A DNA stretch of 64,000 nucleotides from an uncultured Pirellulaceae bacterium (GTDB taxonomy: Bacteria > Planctomycetota > Planctomycetia > Pirellulales > Pirellulaceae), in contig CAYPLE010000004.1 in NCBI GenBank assembly GCA_964411445.1, forward strand, positions 28,447-92,446. The letters run 5' to 3'. Positions within the stretch are counted from its first letter, which is position 1; every line of letters starts with the position of its first letter. Shown one piece after another: positions 56,994-64,000 of this stretch. The notes beneath the pieces were generated by a model. That model was not told the DNA's origin. It did not search any database and saw only the letters and a program-made list of their open reading frames with translations. The translations under genes and the position numbers were made by a program.

Positions 56994-59869
56994 CCGACGA
57001 CGCCAACAATGCTCGTCCCGCTGAGGACGGCCAAATAGCGGCTGAACCGTCTGCCCCCGCACCGCGTCACCGCCGCCGGGCGCTGCAGAGCGGTTACTCG
57101 CTACTGGCTCGCGGTGAACCACAGATTTGGTTGATCGGTGGAATGCTGGTCGTTTGCCTGGCGATGATCATTAGCCTTCTCACACTCGTGCTGTATCGCG
57201 GCCTTCCGTCGTTTTGGCCCAAACAGGTCGATTGGTTGGTCTTGAGCGATGGCACCCAAGAGATTGGTCAGCCGCAAGCCCGCCGTAAAGGCGATGCGAA
57301 CAAAATGGTTTTGCAAATGGCCGCACCTGACGAAGGTGCTGACTCCGAAAATGCTGACTCCGAAAATTCGCAGCGCCAGGCTACAGAAGCGTCCCCTGCT
57401 AGTGAAAATGAATCTGCGGCTTCAACGGCAAGCGACGACGATACGTACAGCTCCTATTACCGAACCGGCAACTATCGCCTTTCCCAAGTGCACTATCGTT
57501 GGATGGATTCTGAGTTGCTGCAGGACAACAGCGTCTCCACGCCACCTTGGGCGGCCGTTGTCGAACGACTGGAGTGGGGCAGATTCTACGGCATACCGCT
57601 GCTGGCATCCCGGAAGCTTGCTCTGCCGGAAGAAGATGCAGCCAAGTTGGAACGCCTAAAGGAACTGCAGTCCGCGCTTCAAACGGCCAACTCCAACGCC
57701 GAGGGCGAGGTCATTGCTCAGGCACTGACCGCTCTTGACACTGCCCTGAACATCGAACTGCGTCGCTCTGTTGAAGCAGCGGTCGCGGAAGCCAACGGTA
57801 AACTCGCTGACAATGAATTCATTCAGGTCGCGTCAAGCGAAGATGGCCCTTGGTCGCTAACGAAGAGCGCAGCGGCCCAGCCCGACGAGGATCAAGACGC
57901 TGCTTCTGCCGCAAAAGCTGACGCGTTCACGGCGGCAAGAATCGTTCGTCGCGGTAGAGCGGCAACGACAAAATGGTTGCAGTCCGTACTCCCAACTGTT
58001 GTGGCAGCCCGCCGTGAGCTGGAGGACTTGCGTTTTAAAGTCAGCCGCATGGACTTGAGAATTTCAGAATTGCGAGTCGACATTCGCCGTGCCGAATTGG
58101 CCACGGTTTCGCGTTCAACGCAACAACCCGACGCCATCCATTTTCAGCTCGAAGAACGCGTGAGAGTTCAAAAGCAAATCGAATTGCTTGAAGAGTTCTT
58201 GGCTTCGCAAGACACTGCCTCAGAAGAATCTGGCTTCGAAGTGGAAGGTCTTCAGTCGGCCGCAGAACTGGCAGCAAAAGAGGCACTCCCAACCACGCTT
58301 GAAAACATCAATGCCGAAATCGATGATTGGTTGAAGCTTTCATCCGCGGCAGCACAACCAATTCAAGACGCACTGCGTGACTACTGCGACGGATACTCAG
58401 CCGTCTTCGAATCGAAGATCCCGTTGCAATCGCGGATTGAGCAACTGGAACGTGAGCTGGCGGAAATCGACGCTGTTTTTTCCGTTCCCAATGGTGCAAC
58501 GGCCCTGGACGGCTCGCTTGCAGCCGTTGCGGAGGAGATTGCCAGTGGGAGCATCAGCCAAGCTTCGTTGGACGCCCTGGCCGAAGCTGGAATTCAACTC
58601 CAAACGGGTTCGGAGGAGATTACCGTCATCTCCGATACGCTCGCCATGCTCGACGCAATCGACTCCACTGGCGCTGCAATTTCGCTCTCCAGCGCCCTCG
58701 CGAGCGATGCTCAGCAGCGGTCGCTGATCAACAATACAACGGAGACGATTGCAGCCGAGCAAATTGTTCGGTTGGTTTCCGTGAATCAGCTCGGTCTGGG
58801 ACAAAAATGGTCGGTCTACCTGGACCGTTGGTGGGAGTTCTTGACCGAGAATCCGCGTGAAGCCAACTCCGAGGGCGGTGTGTTCCCCGTCATTTGGGGC
58901 ACCATTGTCATGACCTTGCTGATGACCATTGCGGTGGTTCCATTTGGTGTCATGGCGGCCCTGTATTTAAGAGAATATGCGGGAAGTGGTCCCCTGGTAT
59001 CGGTCATCCGAATCTCGATCAATAACCTGGCCGGAGTACCGTCGATTGTTTACGGCGTTTTCGGGTTTTCGTTCTTCTGCTACACCATTGGGGCCTACGT
59101 CGATGGCGGCCCGAAGAATGCAGACATTACACCTTGGCCGTCGAATTTGTGGTTCGTTTGCTTGGCCCTGACCGCTTGCACCGGAACGGCCGCCTTCTTC
59201 TTCAGCTTTTTCTACACAGGTTCGCCGCAACAATCGCCAAAGATAAAACGCTTCATCGGCCGATTCTGCCTCGCACTGTGGCTAGTCAGCATCGCCCTGA
59301 TTGCTGCTTTGATCCTCAAGAGTCCATTCTTTGATGGCTTCTATCAAGCCTATCTGCCGAACCCAACGTTTGGCAAAGGCGGGTTACTGTGGGGAGCCCT
59401 GACACTTGCACTACTGACGCTTCCAGTTGTTATTGTCGCAACAGAAGAAGCCCTGGCGGCGGTGCCGAATTCACTTCGCGAGGGATCACTCGCTTGCGGT
59501 GCCAGTAAGTGGCAGACGATCCGCCGAATCATTCTGCCTCACGCACGTCCCGGAATTTTGACCGGAGCCATCCTTGCGATGGCTCGTGGCGCTGGCGAAG
59601 TCGCCCCGTTGATGCTGGTCGGTGCCTTGCCATCAGCGCCCGACTTGCCCGTTGATACGGAGTTTCCGTTCTTCCACCTTTCGCGCAGCTTTATGCACCT
59701 GGGATACCAAATCTATGTGATGGGTTTCCAGAGTCAGAATAGTGATGCGGCCGTTCCGCTGGTGTTTACTTGCACCTTATTGTTAATTTCAATTGTTGCG
59801 GCCCTAAATTTGGTGGCAATATTCCTGCGATCTCGACTGAAACGTCGCTTCCAAGGCAATCAATTCTAA
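56990..59869 (+). CDS. pstA: Phosphate ABC transporter permease PstA with very large extramembrane domain
   Basis: ATGA overlap with pstC. '[10 protein letters not shown]', '[17 protein letters not shown]', '[14 protein letters not shown]', '[18 protein letters not shown]' and 'RGAGEVAPL'. Confidence 0.92.
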   Translation: MTDDANNARPAEDGQIAAEPSAPAPRHRRRALQSGYSLLARGEPQIWLIGGMLVVCLAMIISLLTLVLYRGLPSFWPKQVDWLVLSDGTQEIGQPQARRKGDANKMVLQMAAPDEGADSENADSENSQRQATEASPASENESAASTASDDDTYSSYYRTGNYRLSQVHYRWMDSELLQDNSVSTPPWAAVVERLEWGRFYGIPLLASRKLALPEEDAAKLERLKELQSALQTANSNAEGEVIAQALTALDTALNIELRRSVEAAVAEANGKLADNEFIQVASSEDGPWSLTKSAAAQPDEDQDAASAAKADAFTAARIVRRGRAATTKWLQSVLPTVVAARRELEDLRFKVSRMDLRISELRVDIRRAELATVSRSTQQPDAIHFQLEERVRVQKQIELLEEFLASQDTASEESGFEVEGLQSAAELAAKEALPTTLENINAEIDDWLKLSSAAAQPIQDALRDYCDGYSAVFESKIPLQSRIEQLERELAEIDAVFSVPNGATALDGSLAAVAEEIASGSISQASLDALAEAGIQLQTGSEEITVISDTLAMLDAIDSTGAAISLSSALASDAQQRSLINNTTETIAAEQIVRLVSVNQLGLGQKWSVYLDRWWEFLTENPREANSEGGVFPVIWGTIVMTLLMTIAVVPFGVMAALYLREYAGSGPLVSVIRISINNLAGVPSIVYGVFGFSFFCYTIGAYVDGGPKNADITPWPSNLWFVCLALTACTGTAAFFFSFFYTGSPQQSPKIKRFIGRFCLALWLVSIALIAALILKSPFFDGFYQAYLPNPTFGKGGLLWGALTLALLTLPVVIVATEEALAAVPNSLREGSLACGASKWQTIRRIILPHARPGILTGAILAMARGAGEVAPLMLVGALPSAPDLPVDTEFPFFHLSRSFMHLGYQIYVMGFQSQNSDAAVPLVFTCTLLLISIVAALNLVAIFLRSRLKRRFQGNQF
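57337..57366 (+). repeat. In-frame 15-bp tandem duplication within pstA
   Basis: (TGCTGACTCCGAAAA)x2, encoding [10 protein letters not shown] in a low-complexity linker. Confidence 0.9.
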
Positions 59870-59928
59870 AACGAATTGATGCTTCGAATCGACAACAGCC
59901 GCACCGCACGCACATTGGTGAAACAACT

Positions 59929-60786
59929 ATGACCGGCGAAAACGAAACACAGGCTACCGAGCAGAATCGTCTGGAGGCAATCGCTTCAGGCAAGGCTGTG
60001 GATGCGGTCATCCACTCGAAAGTGTACGAGGCCGACGCGGCACTTGAGGTGAAGGACTTCAGCCTTTGGTACGGCAAGAAACAGGCGCTTTACAACATCT
60101 CTATGCCGATTCCTCGTGGGGAAGTAACCGCCCTGATCGGCCCCAGTGGCTGTGGGAAATCGACGCTTCTCAGAAGCGTGAACCGCATGAACGACCTCAT
60201 CGACGGTCTAACAACACGCGGAGACATTCGTCTGGCCGATGAATCGATTTTTGCGCCCGGTGTCGATGTCATCGAATTGCGAAAGCGGATGGGCATGGTG
60301 TTTCAAAAGCCCAACCCGTTTCCAATGTCGATATTTGAAAATGTGGTTTACCCGCTTCGCATCGACGGACAGCGCGACAAAAAAGTCCTCAGCCAAGTCT
60401 GCGAGCAAAGCTTGAAGGGCGCCGCTCTGTGGGACGAAGTACGCACGCGGCAGAACGAGAGTGGGCTGGGGCTTTCCGGCGGACAGCAACAGCGGCTGTG
60501 CATTGCTCGAGCCATTGCCAGCGATCCGGAAGTACTCTTGCTGGACGAACCCTGCTCAGCATTGGACCCGTTGGCAACCGGCAAGATTGAAGATCTCATT
60601 GACGATTTGCGTGGTGAGTACACCGTTCTGATCGTGACGCACAATATGCAACAGGCCTCACGAATCAGCGACTACACGGCATTCATGTACCTGGGCCGAT
60701 TGATTGAGTATGGCCCGACCAGCCAGATTTTCACCAACCCACGTTTGAAAGAAACCGAGGACTACGTGACCGGACGATTTGGATAG
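59929..60786 (+). CDS. pstB: Phosphate ABC transporter ATP-binding protein
   Basis: Walker A GPSGCGKS, '[10 protein letters not shown]', signature LSGGQQQRL, '[12 protein letters not shown]', 'VTHNMQQA' and C-terminal 'YVTGRFG'. ATG at 59929. Confidence 0.96.
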   Translation: MTGENETQATEQNRLEAIASGKAVDAVIHSKVYEADAALEVKDFSLWYGKKQALYNISMPIPRGEVTALIGPSGCGKSTLLRSVNRMNDLIDGLTTRGDIRLADESIFAPGVDVIELRKRMGMVFQKPNPFPMSIFENVVYPLRIDGQRDKKVLSQVCEQSLKGAALWDEVRTRQNESGLGLSGGQQQRLCIARAIASDPEVLLLDEPCSALDPLATGKIEDLIDDLRGEYTVLIVTHNMQQASRISDYTAFMYLGRLIEYGPTSQIFTNPRLKETEDYVTGRFG

Positions 60787-61745
60787 GACCCGGTAGCGGC
60801 TCCCGATGCCGTGAGCTTCGACGGCGCAACGCCGTAGACACGCTTGAATGCCCGAGAGAATTGGAACGCATCTGAGTAAGAAAGTTCTTGGGCAACTTCT
60901 TTGACCAGCATTCCATGCTCCATCAGCAACTCCGCAGCATGGTTCATTCGCAGTCGCAACAGGAAACGATACGCGCCTGTCTTTCCATAGCGTTGAAACA
61001 GTCGCGAAAGATAGACTGGTGAAATTTGGTGTTCCTTCGCAACATCATCCACGGTTCGATACTTGAGAAAATCCTGTTCCATAGCTTGCCGAATGGTCTC
61101 GTACCGTCGAAACGAAGTTGCGCCGTCGCCCTGGGAATCAAAGCGCTGTGAATCGAAACGCTGCTGTTCGACCTTGCGCAAGAAGACTCTCAACAACGAA
61201 GTGCAAATCTCGCCTGAGAACCTAGCATTCTCCCGCGTCTCCTGAGCAAGCAGATTCCACAACTCGACTAGCTCAACCGTTCGACTGACGGCAACAGACT
61301 GCTGATCGAGCAAACCAATACGCCTGAGCAGGGTTTCCGCATGACGGCCTGAGATGTCCAAATAATATTTACGCATGTTGGCGGATGGGTCATTGCGGAT
61401 GGTATGAGGCATCCCTGGTCCGTATGCAAACAGCACTCCCGGGTGGAGTGAATACTGCTGCTGCCCATATTCGATTGTGCCACGTCCTTCGGTCACCCAC
61501 TCAATGGCGTAGAACGGAAAGTCTTTTCGGTCCACCAAGTAGTTCGATCTCATCCGTTCCACGCCGCCGCACACCAGCACGAGATCTGAATCTTCGGCGG
61601 GTCTCAGGTTGAGGTAGAAGCGACGCGTTTCATAGGTCTGCCGCGAGACAAAATCCGGTTCCTCAACGCCCAGCGATGAAGTTGGATGACTCGGATTGGA
61701 TTCCCAGCTCAATTGACGATCCTCGACAGCGATTGAAGGCCGCAC
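60762..61745 (-). CDS. AraC family transcriptional regulator
   Basis: Cupin-like N-terminal domain and C-terminal HTH 'SPVYLSRLF...[10 protein letters not shown]...[29 protein letters not shown]'. The GTG start is uncertain. Confidence 0.92.
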   Translation of the reverse strand: MRPSIAVEDRQLSWESNPSHPTSSLGVEEPDFVSRQTYETRRFYLNLRPAEDSDLVLVCGGVERMRSNYLVDRKDFPFYAIEWVTEGRGTIEYGQQQYSLHPGVLFAYGPGMPHTIRNDPSANMRKYYLDISGRHAETLLRRIGLLDQQSVAVSRTVELVELWNLLAQETRENARFSGEICTSLLRVFLRKVEQQRFDSQRFDSQGDGATSFRRYETIRQAMEQDFLKYRTVDDVAKEHQISPVYLSRLFQRYGKTGAYRFLLRLRMNHAAELLMEHGMLVKEVAQELSYSDAFQFSRAFKRVYGVAPSKLTASGAATGSYPNRPVT

Positions 61746-61850
61746 CCATCGGGTTAAGAATAGACATGCGAAAGTCTAAATCGGCTATGGAGTTTAACAC
61801 GCCCAGGCTAGACAATTGGGCTGAAAATCATGCAAATTGACGGAGAAACC

Positions 61851-63098
61851 ATGAAACTTGACAAATTTACCTTTGGCGTCGGTGACCGTTTCGCTCATCA
61901 GGCAAGTGCGCAACTTCGCGCATTTCAGGAACTGGAAAAACTGGGGGTAGCAGTCACACCTGTCTGGAATAAGTCGAACCGCGAGCATGGATTCGTTGGC
62001 TCGGAGCCGCCCAGCGTGAAAGCTGCTGCGGAAGTTGCCGTCGACGCTCTGGGCTGGAGTCGATCGTGGCACGTTGACGCGGACCACATTCAAATGTCGA
62101 CCGTTGGAGCGTACCTCACCTGCTCAGATTTCTTCACGATCGACGTGGCTGACGCAATCGGAACCAGCGTCGCCGAAACTGAGATTGAGAAGTTCGCCGA
62201 TGCACACCCAGAGCTCTTCGGGACGCTTGAACTAGAAGGCACTGGCACAAGCTACGAAATCGACCGAGACTTCGTCGTCAAAGTTGCTCGACAATTCTTG
62301 GGTGCTTGCCAAGCGGCGGGTGAAATCTACCGTCACATCGCATCCGAAAAGGGCGAAGACAATTTCGTCGCCGAAGTGTCGATGGACGAAACGGACTCGC
62401 CGCAGACTCCGCCCGAACTGTTGGTAATACTGGCAGCACTGGCTGACGAGAAAATCAAACTGCAAACGATTGCACCAAAGTTCACGGGGCGTTTCAACAA
62501 AGGCGTCGACTACGTTGGTGATGTGGAGCAGTTTGCGCGCGAATTCAACGAAGACATCGCTGTCATTGATGTTGCCGTCAAACGTTACGGACTGCCTGAA
62601 ACTCTGAAGTTGAGCGTACACTCTGGTAGCGACAAGTTCAGCATCTATCCAGCTATCCGCGAAGCACTCCAAAAAACCGGCGCAGGAGTCCACGTGAAGA
62701 CAGCCGGAACCACTTGGCTCGAAGAATTGATTGGCTTGTCCGAGGCTGGCGGTGATGGACTCGCACTGGCGAAAGAGATTTACGTCTACGCGTTTGAACA
62801 CGTCGAAGAACTCTGTGCTCCTTACGCCAGTGTGATTGACATCGACACCAACAAACTGCCAACACCAGAAACAGTTGCCGCCTGGGATGGTGAGACCATG
62901 GCAGCCACCATTCGCCACATCCCGGGGGATGAACGTTTCAACGCCCACGTCCGACAACTGCTGCACGTATCGTTCAAGATTGCTGCCAAGGCTGGCGATC
63001 GCTACCTGGACATGCTTAAAGCGAACGAGGAAATCGTTGGACAGCAGGTGACCAAGAATATCCTGGACCGGCACTTGAAGCCGCTTTTCATCGGATAA
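61851..63098 (+). CDS. uxaE: Tagaturonate/fructuronate epimerase UxaE family
   Basis: 'FTFGVGDRF', 'VDADH', 'EVSMDET', 'KLSVHSGSDKF' and 'HVKTAGTTWLEE'. GGAG RBS before ATG 61851. Confidence 0.88.
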   Translation: MKLDKFTFGVGDRFAHQASAQLRAFQELEKLGVAVTPVWNKSNREHGFVGSEPPSVKAAAEVAVDALGWSRSWHVDADHIQMSTVGAYLTCSDFFTIDVADAIGTSVAETEIEKFADAHPELFGTLELEGTGTSYEIDRDFVVKVARQFLGACQAAGEIYRHIASEKGEDNFVAEVSMDETDSPQTPPELLVILAALADEKIKLQTIAPKFTGRFNKGVDYVGDVEQFAREFNEDIAVIDVAVKRYGLPETLKLSVHSGSDKFSIYPAIREALQKTGAGVHVKTAGTTWLEELIGLSEAGGDGLALAKEIYVYAFEHVEELCAPYASVIDIDTNKLPTPETVAAWDGETMAATIRHIPGDERFNAHVRQLLHVSFKIAAKAGDRYLDMLKANEEIVGQQVTKNILDRHLKPLFIG

Positions 63099-63165
63099 AT
63101 CCCCCTAGCGACACACCTGTTATCTTTTTTGCCCCCAAGCAGTGACTTTCAATCAGGAATCATCC

Positions 63166-64000
63166 ATGAGCATCCCAACTCGCAAACTTGGCAACACGGA
63201 TTTGGAACTGCCCATCCTTAGCTTTGGAGCTTCGTCGCTGGGCGCTGAATTTCGAGATGTCAACCTCGACGAAGTTTTCGCAAGCGTCCGCCTGGCACTT
63301 GAGCTCGGGATGAATCTGATTGATACCTCGCCTTATTATGGACGAGGCATGTCGGAAGTCCTGCTAGGCGTAGAACTAAAGAACGTGCCGCGTGACGACT
63401 ATCTTCTTTGCACCAAGCTCGGGCGGTTTGACGCGAATCACTTTGATTTTTCCGCAAAGCGTGTTGCTGAAAGCGTTGACGTTAGTCTGCACCGGCTAAA
63501 GACAGACCACCTAGACATCATTCTCTGTCACGATATCGAATTCGTGCCGCTGGATCAGATTATCAACGAAACCTTGCCAGCACTGCGAAAAATCCAAGAG
63601 TCGGGCAAAGTACGTTACGTTGGAATCAGTGGCTACCCCATGAAGATTTTCACGGAAGTGGCGCGTCAGGCGGAATTGGATTGCATCCTGAGCTACAACC
63701 AGTACACGCTGCAAAACACGCGATTGGTGGATGACGTCTTGCCATCAATGCAGGAGAAGGGGATTGGCGTCATGAACGCTGGTCCATTCGCAGCTCGCTT
63801 GCTAACCAATGCACCGCTACCAAGTTGGCACCGCGATTCACCGGCGGTACAAGCAACGGCAAAGCAAGCCGCCGAGCACTGCAATAAACAAGGCGTCGAC
63901 ATTGCCCAGTTGGCATTGCAGTTCTCGTGCGAGCACCCCGATCTTGCAACAACCATTACCGGCAGCGCCAACCCAGATAACATCCGCAAATGGGCAAAGT
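63166..64000 (+). CDS. Aldo/keto reductase (L-galactose dehydrogenase-like), 3' partial
   Basis: Absent from the ORF track because it has no stop in the window. Translated manually from ATG 63166: MSIPTRKLGNTDLELPILSFGASSLG...IDTSPYYGRGMSEVLLG...TKLGR...SLHRLKTDHLDIILCHDIE. Confidence 0.9.
   Translation, partial: MSIPTRKLGNTDLELPILSFGASSLGAEFRDVNLDEVFASVRLALELGMNLIDTSPYYGRGMSEVLLGVELKNVPRDDYLLCTKLGRFDANHFDFSAKRVAESVDVSLHRLKTDHLDIILCHDIEFVPLDQIINETLPALRKIQESGKVRYVGISGYPMKIFTEVARQAELDCILSYNQYTLQNTRLVDDVLPSMQEKGIGVMNAGPFAARLLTNAPLPSWHRDSPAVQATAKQAAEHCNKQGVDIAQLALQFSCEHPDLATTITGSANPDNIRKWAK

Overview
Bacterial chromosomal window, very probably Planctomycetota (Pirellulaceae-like). The call rests on family-typical proteins: a PVC-type heme/CxxCH protein, DUF1552 plus DUF1592-family genes, a DUF1559 prepilin-type protein, and a cadherin/dockerin protein with a planctomycete 'LEGLEDRRLLA' leader. 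I found no rRNA, tRNA, CRISPR array or transposase/integrase. The main result is an 8-gene minus-strand run (about 20.6 kb to 5.5 kb). It encodes a Wzx/Wzy-type polysaccharide system (WbaP-like initiator, flippase, polymerase, two GT4s, GumC/Wzc-N co-polymerase, and a BY-kinase-like protein with a broken Walker A). Its last gene, 45 bp downstream and co-oriented, is a 2021-aa bimodular NRPS (A-T-C-A-T-TE) with Cys-like and Pro-like specificity codes. Next comes an accessory region with a 1.7-kb two-gene cassette between 135-bp direct repeats and a lipoprotein gene frameshifted by an 8-bp duplication. The rest holds a sulfatase, DUF72, cyanophycinase-like peptidase, degenerate sigma-54-type regulator, dapL, a CX5R/cytochrome c' fusion, inositol monophosphatase, a DUF3524 glycosyltransferase, an enlarged pstSCAB operon with a candidate PHO-like box, and an AraC-uxaE-aldo/keto reductase module. 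All family assignments come from motif recognition by eye; no database searches were run.
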